Below, in pieces: positions 1 through 9,294 of a DNA stretch of 40,646 nt (positions within the stretch are counted from its first letter, which is position 1; every line of letters begins with the position of its first letter). The position numbers and the translations under genes are program-made. The DNA is from Candidatus Bilamarchaeaceae archaeon (lineage in GTDB: Archaea; Micrarchaeota; Micrarchaeia; Anstonellales; Bilamarchaeaceae): positions 1 to 40,646 of the forward strand of contig JAWCKZ010000008.1 in NCBI GenBank assembly GCA_038851325.1. Reading direction: 5' to 3'. Under the pieces are notes generated by a model, which saw only the letters and a list, made by a program, of their open reading frames with translations, was not told where the DNA came from and ran no database searches.

Positions 1-54
1 ACTACAGACGCCTTTACAAAGTTATTTAAATATGATAAAAATTACATAATAATT

Positions 55-480
55 ATGGCAATAAACTTACTACAAACAATCTTGGGCGGATTTTTGGCAT
101 CAGTTGTATGGTTTATAGTTGGAGGGATATTATATATGAATCCATTTGTTGCAAAAATTTATAAAAATTTTAAGAATTCGCCAGGATGTAAAAAATGGAA
201 AGATACCAAACAATATCTAATCAACATGTATGTTTTTGGAGTATTAATTCAATGCTTGCTTTTTGCTTTTGTGTATTCGTTCATCAAACCAATTCTTCCT
301 GGAAGTTTATTACTGAGCACAATATTTTTTGGTCTAATTTTAGTAGCTGTCAAAATATTTCCAAGATTGCTTGATATGTGGATGCAATCAACATACCCTA
401 ATGAATTGTTAACAGTAGAATTTATTAATGGTACAATTGGAAGTTTTGTAATTGCATTTATTCTTACATTAACGATCTAG
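55..480 (+). CDS. Small multi-pass membrane protein (DUF1761-like)
   Basis: 141-aa ORF with about four hydrophobic helices; AT-rich codon usage. Confidence 0.7.
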   Translation: MAINLLQTILGGFLASVVWFIVGGILYMNPFVAKIYKNFKNSPGCKKWKDTKQYLINMYVFGVLIQCLLFAFVYSFIKPILPGSLLLSTIFFGLILVAVKIFPRLLDMWMQSTYPNELLTVEFINGTIGSFVIAFILTLTI

Positions 481-618
481 CCTCTTTCTGTCACTGAGTT
501 CTTTGTTGCTTCACTCCGATTAAGTCCAATCTGCCCGCTCACGCGAGCGTTAGGCGTAATTCCTCTTGCGCGCACGTTTTGATAAAATTTATATAAAGTA
601 AAGTAGTTAGTGATACTT

Positions 619-702
619 ATGCCAAGAGAATTAATTTCAATTCAAGACATCAAAGAACTTAATGAATTATTGCGAAAGGTTTTTGAATATATTACTAATC
701 TT
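619..702 (+). pseudogene. 5' fragment of a gene cut by the IS66 insertion
   Basis: ATG at 619 after a GTGAT RBS-like motif; open frame MPRELISIQDIKELNELLRKVFEYITNL runs straight into the IS66 end at 703. Confidence 0.45.
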
Positions 703-2132
703 GTAACAGTCTAAGAATTCCCCTATTCGTGAATTTTGTTCTCTAAGACGTGCATGAGGTAATCCGTGTATTTTTCCTGTTTTTGGTGGCTGGTCATGTA
801 GAGGGATGCCTGCATAGCATAGCTATTCATCCCATCAATGCTCCTGCTCTGCTGGCTTATCTTCCTTTTGATAACAACATGCCTGAGCGACCTTTCAGCC
901 TTATTGTTTGTAGGTTCAACCTCTTTGTATTCGAGGAAGGTAAACCATTCACCGTTGAAGTGCATGATATAGTTTATCAGTTTGTCTGCGTTTTTCCCAA
1001 GCCATTTAACTGACAGAAGCAGTTTTTCCAGCCGCTTATCGAATCTTGCCCTCAGTTTTGCCGAAACCTTTTTCCTTTTCTTTGCTTCTTTGGCATCATG
1101 GAAAAGTTTTCCCAGTTTTTCCACTAGTCTCACGTATGCTGTATACTCTCTTTCATCAGTAAATCCATACTCTGGATTTCGTGCAATTCTTAGCATGTGC
1201 GCCCAGCAACGCTGCTTCTGCGTAGTGAGCTTATTATAGGCTGTATAGCCATCGGAAACGTCAACTCCTCTATCTGCTTTGAGTTTGGCTGCAACTGAAT
1301 GGCTACGGCGTTTTTCTATCCTGTAAATCACCCCCTTCGATGTTGCAACTACCCATGCCCAGAAGTTTTTTCCACTATGCCGCCAGCCTGTTTCATCACG
1401 ATACCTTACCTTTGCTTTTTTGATTTCTTCTTCCAGATAATCATACTCCTCTCCAAGATAGTTCTTCAACCTTACCAATGTGTTGCTGATTGTGGCCTTG
1501 CTTATATCAATTCCAAGAATTTCTGAGAAAAACTGCGCTATTTTGCCTGTTGACACATTCAGAGCAACGTAAAGAAATGATATGAACACAGCTGTCTGCA
1601 GGTCAAACTTTGATTTTGGAAGAGCATCATGAACCCTTGCAATAACTTCTTTCTTGCATGTTGCACAATAATAGGAGCCACATTCGTGAAGCACAACTTC
1701 CGACTGCGGAAGTTCAATGTGAATTATTGTCCTCTTGTATTTCCGTTTTTTCTTCGTAAGCTTGCCACCACAGTCAGGGCAGCGCTTCAAAGTGTGCCTT
1801 TCCTTCCTGTCGTAGGTTCTTGGTAGTGCATTTCTCTGGTTCTCTTCAGGTTCTTTTTGCTCTCTTGGCTGCTCTATGCGCTACTGCCTTCGCAAGCTCT
1901 TTTTTCATATATAGCGGCAATGCACTTGAAGGAGTATTTTCGTTGAGGAATTGCCTGAGCTGCCTGCGCAGCTTTTCATTTTCCTTTGCCAATTCTTTGT
2001 TTTCTTTTTCAAGTTGGTGTATTCGTTTTAATGTTTCATCCAACTGCTGCCTTAGCTGAGCATTCTCAGCTCTCAAATTTTCTTCGTTCATGGGAGTCAA
2101 AAGTAATAGAAACGAAAATCTTATGACGTTAT
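703..2132 (-). mobile_element. IS66-family insertion sequence (single-ORF, ISBst12-like), degenerate
   Basis: One end GTAACAGTCTAAGAATTC (703-720); imperfect inverted copy GAAAATCTTATGACGTTAT (~2114-2132); encloses an IS66 transposase; no 8-bp TSD visible. Confidence 0.75.
723..2091 (-). pseudogene. IS66 transposase with a +1 frameshift near 1880
   Basis: N-terminal coiled coil and NTPSS motif (2091-1846) continue in another frame into the CPDC/CATC zinc ribbon, DETGW, SDGY, QRCWAH and PTNNKAERSLR motifs. Confidence 0.85.
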
Positions 2133-2173
2133 CGGTGGTATTTTTAAACTCTTCCTTTGTAACCATTTAATAT

Positions 2174-3851
2174 ATGAATTCAAAAACTATGATTGCAAAT
2201 TTTAGAAAACATCTTTCAAATATAGCGACACAAAAAAGAGTAAAAATAGAAACTGCATTTGTACATTGGTATGTAGATACAAGATTTGGAAAAAATTCTG
2301 ATAAAAATATTACAGATGGCCCTAATGATGGTGGAATCGATGCTGTTATTTTTGTTGGAGATGAAAATGTTTTTGTAATCCAATCAGAATTTTGTAATAA
2401 GTTTTTTAATAGTGAAAACATACCGCCTTTATCTCCAAAAAAATATTCACAATTTGATGGTCTCCCAGATATATTCAGAAATGATGTAGATTTTAAACAT
2501 TTTTTAAAAACAGTTGACTCGTCACTTCATGGAATTTATCAAAAAGTAGCAGACCTTTTTCAAAAAAATCCCTCAAATGTAGTTTGGGAAATTACGACAT
2601 TACACACACGATCTCTTGCTGGTGAAAGAAGACTTAGAAATATAGATGTATCAAACATAAGGTATGGATCAGATAATTTTAGATTATATGAACTCAGTTT
2701 AGAGGGAGCTACGCCCCCAGCTTCACCACTAGAAATAAATTTTATAGAACATTTTATTGTAGATGACACTGAAAATAATATAAAATCTTATGTGGCCCAA
2801 GCTTATTTAAAAGATTTTATAGAGTATATAGAACATGACCCTCAATTTAGAGTGCTCGCCAGAAATGTAAGAAGTGAATTGAAAGATAAAATTGCAAAGG
2901 AAATAAAAAATGAACTAAAAGATACGTATGAAAAACATCCTTCTGAATTTTGGTATAGTCATAATGGTATAACAATAATTTGTGATAGGGCCTCTATAAA
3001 AGGTAAAAAAATTAATTTGATAAGTCCTTATATCATTAATGGAGCTCAAACAATTCATGCTTTAAAAGGATCGCGTAAAAGAGACCCAAAAGCAAAAATA
3101 CTCATTAGAGTAATTGAAATCCCTTCGGAAGACCAAAAAACAAAGAATTTTATTAATTCGATAATATTCAGAACGAATCAACAAAACAGAATGTATACTT
3201 ATGATTTAAGAGCTAATGATGCGATACAAGTAAAATTAGCAAATGATTTTTTATCACATAGAGTTTTTTATGAAAGAAGAAGAGGTGACTGGGATTTAAA
3301 TAAAAGGGTTTGGAAAAATCAAGGTATTTCTAGAATAAAAAGTACAGAACTTGCACAAATTTTAATGAGTTGTAATCAACAACTTGGTGGTGTATCTTTA
3401 GCTAAAAAAAGTAAAGAAGAACTTTTTTCAGAAAAATATTATAATGATATTCTTTAAATATAAGCTTTACTTATTTGTAAAGGATTGTTTGGTTTCAATA
3501 AGAAACAGGAAGATAACTATTAGAGAACGAAATCATACATTATTATCGTGTCTTGCAATTACATGGCGTTGCTTAGAAACAAGTAAAAGACTTGATGAAT
3601 GGTACAAAATTAATAAGAATACTCCTAATAAATTTTCTTTGGAAAATAAATCTTCAAAAAATCTTCAGAAGAACATTCAAGATTTATTTAAATCTTTATG
3701 GAAAAAATGGCAGGATGAAAACAAAAAGGATGAAACTTTAAGTCCTAATAATTTTTTCAAAAGCCGTAAATGGAATGATATTTTACTTAAAGAGATGTCA
3801 TCAAAATTTGAAAAAAAAATTCAAAAAAATATGGATTTGATGCTAATATGA
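2174..3851 (+). pseudogene. AIPR-family (abortive infection/RM-associated) protein split by a frameshift near 3450
   Basis: DGPNDGGIDA, RNVR, FWYSHNGITI, IINGAQT, TNQQN and FYERRRG motifs in 2174-3457; C-terminal part in overlapping frame 3444-3851. Confidence 0.8.
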
Positions 3852-3910
3852 AATCGACCGATCCTGACTCTTCCGAGCCTTCGGCTCTCGGTCTTCGCTT
3901 CGCTCAGAGG

Positions 3911-4008
3911 ACTTAACAGCGCTTATACGGTTCCGCCTTCGCTCTGTCGCTCGGCTCAACCCCCAATTTTTCCTTCAGAAAAACTGCGTATAAGCGCATA
4001 CACTATGT
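3911..4008 (+). repeat. attC-like palindromic element downstream of AIPR
   Basis: ACTTAAC (R''-like), perfect 11-bp inverted repeat GCGCTTATACG (3919-3929)/CGTATAAGCGC (3987-3997), internal hairpins, degenerate R'-like ACTATGT (4002-4008). Confidence 0.45.
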
Positions 4009-4107
4009 GCAATTCGAAAACCTGCTTTTCACAGAAAGGAGACCGTAAATTATGATGATGTTGTTGCCTTCGTTTAACTTCAAAGGAGAAAAAAGAGATA
4101 ATGAATA

Positions 4108-4528
4108 ATGACTGATGGTTTACGGACTTATGAAAAAGCTTTCAAGAAAGCATTTTACAGCAGATATAAAGAAGATAAAGTAGAATTGATAAGAAGAGTG
4201 GGAATAAGAACAAGAGAAACAAATAATGTTGTTGAGAGACTTCATGGGGCACTTAAAGATAGACTTAAATCAATGCGAGGGTTGAAAAGCGAGAAACCGC
4301 TCAAACATTTCTTGATGGCTGGTTTGTTTTCTATAACTTCTTGAGACCGCATCAAAGTCTTAATGGCAATACTTCGGCTAAAGTTTCTGGAGTAAATATT
4401 GAAGTTGAGAATTGGAAATTTATGATACAAAAAGCGACAAAATTCAGAGCTGTTGATTCCGCATAAATATTGGTGATAAAAATGAAGATTTTTAATGTTT
4501 AAGGCATCAACATTAAGTTAACAGAACC
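4108..4528 (+). mobile_element. IS6-family transposase C-terminal remnant with right end
   Basis: TDGLRTY...NNVVERLHG DDE motifs; frameshift then FYNFLRPHQSL; end reads GGTTCTGTTAAC on the minus strand from 4528, resembling IS6 TIRs. Confidence 0.65.
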
Positions 4529-4570
4529 CAGATTCAAAAAATATTAAAATTCACTCTTTCAAACACCAGC

Positions 4571-4879
4571 ATGAAAGTAGCAATGATTTATGTAACAAAT
4601 CCAAACAAAAGAAAAGCAGAGGAGCTTGCGCTTCATCTTCTGAGAAAGAAGGCCATAGGATGCGCGAACCTCTTTCCTGTCTCGAGTTTCTACAGGTGGA
4701 AGGGAAGGCTGGTCAGGGAAAAAGAGTTTGTGCTTATAGCAAAAACTACAGAAAGAAAGGTTGAGACGGCAAAAAAAGAAATAGAGAGCGTGCACCCGTA
4801 TTCTGTGCCATTCATCGCAATTATCCGAGCTGACGTAAATAATAAATATTTAAAGTGGCTTGAGAATGAGACAAAATAG
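4571..4879 (+). CDS. cutA: Divalent-cation tolerance protein CutA
   Basis: YVT, GCAN, SFYRWKG, E..LIAKT and HPYSVPFI motifs. Confidence 0.92.
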   Translation: MKVAMIYVTNPNKRKAEELALHLLRKKAIGCANLFPVSSFYRWKGRLVREKEFVLIAKTTERKVETAKKEIESVHPYSVPFIAIIRADVNNKYLKWLENETK

Positions 4880-5426
4880 TTTAACTAAAATAAGCAGGCA
4901 GATCGTAAAATGCAGAAAATGTCGACTTTGGAAGACCAGAAAGCGTGCAGTTCCCGGAGAGGGTAGCCCGCATGCACGCATCATGCTAGTAGGACAGGCG
5001 CCTGGCAAAACAGAGGACGCAACGGGAAGGCCCTTCGTTGGAAGAGCAGGAAAGCTGCTTACAGAGCTGCTTGAAAGCGCAGGAATTAGGAGAAAGGACG
5101 TTTTCATAACTTCAGTGATAAAGTGCTTTCCTCCAGGAAATCGTGCTCCGAAAAAAGACGAGATAGCTGCATGCAAGCCCCATCTGGAAAAACAGATTGC
5201 GCTTATAAAACCAAAAATAATCGTTCTCCTTGGAAACATCGCAATAAAAACGGTGCTAGGGGATGTTGGAAAGCTCGATAAAATCCACGGAAAGCCGATA
5301 AGAAAAGAGAGTGTAATATGTATTCCAAATTACCACCCCGCAGCAGCCATGCGCTTCCCAAAAATCAAAAGAAAGATGATGGTGGATTTTAAAATACTCT
5401 CGAGTAGGTTATCAAAAACTTTATAA
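4866..5426 (+). CDS. udg: Uracil-DNA glycosylase, family 4 (Fe-S)
   Basis: CRKCRL, VPGEG, VGQAPG (usually GEAPG), GRPFVGRAG, KCFPPGNR and YHPAA motifs. Confidence 0.9.
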   Translation: MRQNSLTKISRQIVKCRKCRLWKTRKRAVPGEGSPHARIMLVGQAPGKTEDATGRPFVGRAGKLLTELLESAGIRRKDVFITSVIKCFPPGNRAPKKDEIAACKPHLEKQIALIKPKIIVLLGNIAIKTVLGDVGKLDKIHGKPIRKESVICIPNYHPAAAMRFPKIKRKMMVDFKILSSRLSKTL

Positions 5427-5438
5427 GAGGTGATTGTT

Positions 5439-6317
5439 GTGCGAATCGTAATCGCTTTGGGCGGAAATGCGCTCATCAAAAAGGGCCAGAGAGGAACTGC
5501 TGAGGAGCAAATGAAAAGCACAGAAGAAGCTATAGCAGCGCTCAGGGAGATAATAGAAAACAACGAAGTTGTAATAACGCACGGAAATGGACCACAGGTT
5601 GGTGCGCTTCTAATTCAACAGGCAGCAACAAACGAAGTGCCTTCAATGCCGCTGGATGTGCTGGATGCAATGACCCAAGGTGAGATAGGGTATTTCATCC
5701 AACGCGCGCTGATGAGAAAGACGAACAGAAAGTCGGTAACACTCATCAGCCGTGTTGTTATCGATGAGGACGATCCAGCATTTCAAAACCCGACAAAGCC
5801 CATAGGACCGTTTTACAAGGAAAAGATAAAGGAGAATATGATTGAAGATGCCGGACGAGGATATCGCGTCATTGTTCCATCCCCAAAGCCGATGAAACTC
5901 GTTGAACGAAAAGCGATACCGCTTCTTATCGGCGAGGGACTCGTTGTCGTCGCAGGAGGTGGCGGCGGAATACCTATAAAACTCGATGGCAAGGGCGTGG
6001 AAGCGGTGATAGATAAGGACTGGTGCGCAGCGCTTATAGCACGTGAAATCGATGCAGAGCTTTTGCTTATTGTGACTGCGGTGCCTGGTGTTTATAAGAA
6101 TTTTGGAAAGCCAAACCAGGTTCTCCTCTCAAAACTTTCTGTAAAAGAGGCAAAGGAGCTCTTAGACGCTGGGGAATTTGTAGAGGGAAGCATGAAGCCC
6201 AAGATAGAGGCGGCTATTTATTTTCTCAGACACGGCGGACAGAAAGCAATAATATGCGGTCTTGAAAATGCAAAAGATGCTGTTGAGGGAAACGACGGAA
6301 CGGTAATAGTACCTTAA
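5439..6317 (+). CDS. arcC: Carbamate kinase
   Basis: IALGGNA, THGNGPQVG, DPAFQNPTKPIG, EDAGRGYR, GGGGIP, EAVIDKD and GSMKPK motifs; GAGGTGA RBS before GTG. Confidence 0.95.
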   Translation: MRIVIALGGNALIKKGQRGTAEEQMKSTEEAIAALREIIENNEVVITHGNGPQVGALLIQQAATNEVPSMPLDVLDAMTQGEIGYFIQRALMRKTNRKSVTLISRVVIDEDDPAFQNPTKPIGPFYKEKIKENMIEDAGRGYRVIVPSPKPMKLVERKAIPLLIGEGLVVVAGGGGGIPIKLDGKGVEAVIDKDWCAALIAREIDAELLLIVTAVPGVYKNFGKPNQVLLSKLSVKEAKELLDAGEFVEGSMKPKIEAAIYFLRHGGQKAIICGLENAKDAVEGNDGTVIVP

Positions 6318-6343
6318 TGTGATAGACTTGCTTGTTTGGCTTG

Positions 6344-6961
6344 TTAGACCTTCTTCGGCACTGCTTTCAACTTCTTAGTTGCCATTGCCGCTACCCATTC
6401 CTTAAGTGTCTGTTGATCAGCAGCAGGAATGGTATACAAACCAGTTGTCTCGTCTTTTTTAATAAACATCGAAAGCGTTTTCTTTTCTTCGGCAGTTGAG
6501 CCATAACCAGGCCCGGCTGCATTCAATACACCATAGAGTTTAAGACCAAGTTCGTTTAGTTCATTTTCAGATAGTTTTGAGTATGTTTTATCAAAGTACA
6601 GATTACTCAAAAACTCCCGTGTTTTTACATCAAAGAGACCCAGTGCATGCTCTGCCATTAATTCGTTCAATTTTTTACGATAAGACGGCACGTCCTTTGT
6701 TCTCATAACAAGCTTTCCCTCTTCATCCCTATTGAGATAGGTAGCTATAGCCTTTTCTATAGGATTTTTTGCCATAAGTTTTCCGAGTTCAAACTCAGAT
6801 TTTATCCTTTTCAGTGATTCTTGGATATATTTCCTCTCCTCGTTTGAAAGCTGGCTATAGAGTTTTCCCAGCATCTCTTTTGTTATCCAATTAATTGTTT
6901 TATAACCAAAAGCCGCAGTTACCTCCTCTTCCTCAGTCTTCCTTACCTCTTTAAGTGGCAT
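6344..6961 (-). CDS. Hypothetical protein (helical, Lys/Glu-rich)
   Basis: ~205-aa ORF co-oriented directly downstream of the radical SAM gene. Confidence 0.7.
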   Translation of the reverse strand: MPLKEVRKTEEEEVTAAFGYKTINWITKEMLGKLYSQLSNEERKYIQESLKRIKSEFELGKLMAKNPIEKAIATYLNRDEEGKLVMRTKDVPSYRKKLNELMAEHALGLFDVKTREFLSNLYFDKTYSKLSENELNELGLKLYGVLNAAGPGYGSTAEEKKTLSMFIKKDETTGLYTIPAADQQTLKEWVAAMATKKLKAVPKKV

Positions 6962-6968
6962 ACACTCA

Positions 6969-8012
6969 CTATCCATATTTTTCTTTTTTCTCCTTTTTAT
7001 ATTTTTCTATATTCATTATAACGTTAAGTTTGTACCGGCAAACAGGACATCTTCCATCATCATCGAGCTTATTCTCAAGCACCGCAAAACCAAATCTCCG
7101 TATTACTTTAGTCTTACATTTAGGACAGTACGTGCTCTCTGTCTCTTCGTCCTGCCTGTTGCCTGTATAAACATAATGGAGTCCTTCCTCAAGTGCGATC
7201 TCGCGAGCGCGTTTTAACGTTTCAAGTGGAGTTGGAGGGGTCGTAAGCATCCTGTTTGCCGGATAAAATGCAATGAAATGCATTGGTATGTCGGGAGAGA
7301 GCTCTTTTACCCATTTTGCGCTTGCGCGAATATCATCCTCGTCATCGTTCCACCCAGGAATTATAAGATTTATGATCTCTATATGCTGTCTTTTATGTAG
7401 CTCTTTTATGCTACTCAACACATACTCGAGAACTACGTCCCCGCACAATTTTTTGTATACTTCATCGTGAAAGCCCTTAAGGTCAATGCGCGATGCATCT
7501 ATATACTTGCTCATCTCGTTTATCGCTGCGGTTGTCATGTAACCATTAGTCACAAAAACATTGTATTTTCCGTCCTGCATGGTAAGCTTTGCCGTATCAA
7601 GTGCGTATTCCATGAAAATCGTCGGCTCGGTATACGTATAAGCAACCCCCGGAATGTTCTGGATCTTGCATATCTCCCTTATCCTTGCAGGAGGCAGGTC
7701 CTCGCCGATTATGCCTCCGAACGCCTGGCTTATCTCCCAGTTCTGGCAAAATTCGCACCTGAAATTGCAGCCGACGGTGGAAAATGAAAATGCTTCGGTT
7801 CCCGGCATGAAATGATAAAATGGTTTCTTTTCTATAGGGTCGATGTTGACTGCAACTGCTTTTCCGTAATTCAGCGCATAAAGCTTTCCACCGATGTTTT
7901 TCCTCACGTGGCAGTAACCTATTTCACCATCTTTCAATTTGCAAAGACGATAACACAGATAACAGAGTAGTTCTTTGCCTTTTAACCCTCTCCAGAAACT
8001 TGCTTCTTTCAT
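6969..8012 (-). CDS. amrS: AmmeMemoRadiSam system radical SAM enzyme
   Basis: N-terminal CYLC..C..GYC, DPIEKKPFYHF, GCNFRCEFCQNWEISQ, AYTYTEP, C-terminal CPKC/CPVC. Confidence 0.92.
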   Translation of the reverse strand: MKEASFWRGLKGKELLCYLCYRLCKLKDGEIGYCHVRKNIGGKLYALNYGKAVAVNIDPIEKKPFYHFMPGTEAFSFSTVGCNFRCEFCQNWEISQAFGGIIGEDLPPARIREICKIQNIPGVAYTYTEPTIFMEYALDTAKLTMQDGKYNVFVTNGYMTTAAINEMSKYIDASRIDLKGFHDEVYKKLCGDVVLEYVLSSIKELHKRQHIEIINLIIPGWNDDEDDIRASAKWVKELSPDIPMHFIAFYPANRMLTTPPTPLETLKRAREIALEEGLHYVYTGNRQDEETESTYCPKCKTKVIRRFGFAVLENKLDDDGRCPVCRYKLNVIMNIEKYKKEKKEKYG

Positions 8013-8059
8013 GCGTACTCTTTACAGAAAAGCGTTAAAATTGTTTCATTTAAGGACAT

Positions 8060-8135
8060 GTGCGATGATGAACGTTCGACAGACAGAGAAACTTCTCAAA
8101 AGTTTCTATGATGAAGATCTTGAGTTCTGACGCAC
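8060..8135 (+). ncRNA. Archaeal C/D box methylation-guide sRNA
   Basis: C box ATGATGA 8065-8071, 12-nt guide, D' CAGA 8084-8087, stem-loop GAAACTT/AAGTTTC, C' ATGATGA 8108-8114, 12-nt guide AGATCTTGAGTT, D box CTGA 8127-8130, terminal stem GTGCG/CGCAC; TATA-like GTTAAAA ~25 nt upstream. Confidence 0.85.
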
Positions 8136-8163
8136 GACGCATTTCCAAACAAACTTTACTCAG

Positions 8164-8811
8164 CTATACCTTTTCTTCGCTTTTTTGCTCCTGAACGGGT
8201 TCGCTCTCTGCTTTCGCTGCAGATTCACGGATCTGTTTAACAACATCTTCTTCTGAAATAAAATAGTATGTTGCATTTCTAAACTTTTCATAAAATTTTC
8301 TCTGGTCCTCAAGCCTTTGTGGCACTTCTACCAGATTTTCTATACCGACAAACATACCATACCAGCCCGCTGGCACTAGAAGAATCTCAAGGAATCTTGC
8401 GATAGAAGTATGATTACTTGTATACGTGGTAAGAAGAATTTGAGAGCCAAGGATGATGAAACCCACAAGGATGTAGATTCCGCCCTTTTTTCGTCTTTCT
8501 TTAAGCTCCTTATTCACTTCTTGAAGCCTGTCGTTGAAGTAGTCCTTTAATCGTTTCTTGATAAGCGCCTCTATTTTGGCAGACCGTAGGGCTTTTGGTA
8601 AAGAAAAACGAATCTCAAATCCGCCTTTCTTTGTCTCAACATACCTTTTTTGCACTTCTTTGAGAAAGTCATCGGACAATATGCGTGAGGAATACGGCGA
8701 AGGGTCGAAATCGGAAAATATATCATCGTAGGTGTCAAGAGCGATATTAATAAGATTAAGTAGCGCAGCAGGTCTTTTCTCATCAGATAGCGAGATTATT
8801 TCCGTTTCCAT
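8164..8811 (-). CDS. Hypothetical two-TM membrane protein
   Basis: 215-aa ORF with IALDTYDDIFSDFDP..R.LSDDF motif and two hydrophobic helices. Confidence 0.75.
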   Translation of the reverse strand: METEIISLSDEKRPAALLNLINIALDTYDDIFSDFDPSPYSSRILSDDFLKEVQKRYVETKKGGFEIRFSLPKALRSAKIEALIKKRLKDYFNDRLQEVNKELKERRKKGGIYILVGFIILGSQILLTTYTSNHTSIARFLEILLVPAGWYGMFVGIENLVEVPQRLEDQRKFYEKFRNATYYFISEEDVVKQIRESAAKAESEPVQEQKSEEKV

Positions 8812-8813
8812 AA

Positions 8814-8921
8814 AGCCTCCGGCGAGAGTTGAACTCGCGACCTTTCCCTTTCCGGGCAGCGGTGACGTCTGCTACGCTGCGACTACCAAGGGAACGCTCT
8901 ACCGGACTGAGCTACAGAGGC
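8814..8921 (-). tRNA. tRNA-Thr(GGT) with a 34-nt intron at 37/38 (8850-8883)
   Basis: Cloverleaf: acceptor GCCTCTG/CGGAGGC, discriminator T, D stem GCTC/GAGC, anticodon stem TTCCC/GGGAA, T arm GCGAG-TTCAACT-CTCGC; relaxed BHB (TTGG/CCGG, GCAGCG/CGCTGC). Confidence 0.95.
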
Positions 8922-9116
8922 AGACACTTAATTTTCCAGACAAGAATTTAAAAATACAATCGATAACGCGTAAGCAGTAGTTCCGAACTTCTTCTGACAC
9001 ATTAGAAAGCAGCCACTGCTTACACTCGTTCAACAGCTAAATCAAACCAGTATAAGCTGTTGGGCGGCTACAGCGGATATCCTTCCCAAGCAAATAAATC
9101 CTTTGGCTCACAGGAA

Positions 9117-9178
9117 AGAGTGCTGAACAAGACTGCATGCCGAGCGCCCATAAGTAAACATAGTAATTTGCAGCGCCC
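9117..9178 (+). mobile_element. Short MITE-like element, copy 1
   Basis: 9121-9162 identical over 42 bp to 10701-10742; right end matches family consensus GCGCCCATAAGTAAACATAGTAATTTGCA. Confidence 0.6.
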
Positions 9179-9294
9179 TATTCGTTTCGTTCTTCGAGCA
9201 CCTAATAATCATGATGGGTATAACTGCCGTTATACGTTCAAGGTTCTGCACCATCATGGTTTCGCGCAGCTAAGCTGTCACTACTCTCATATTG

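Noticed and set aside
1846..1890. Programmed -1 frameshift in the IS66 transposase
   Set aside because: Joining the frames needs +1, so a mutation or sequencing error is more likely
5439..6317. Arginine deiminase pathway operon
   Set aside because: Only carbamate kinase is present; no arcA or arcB in the window
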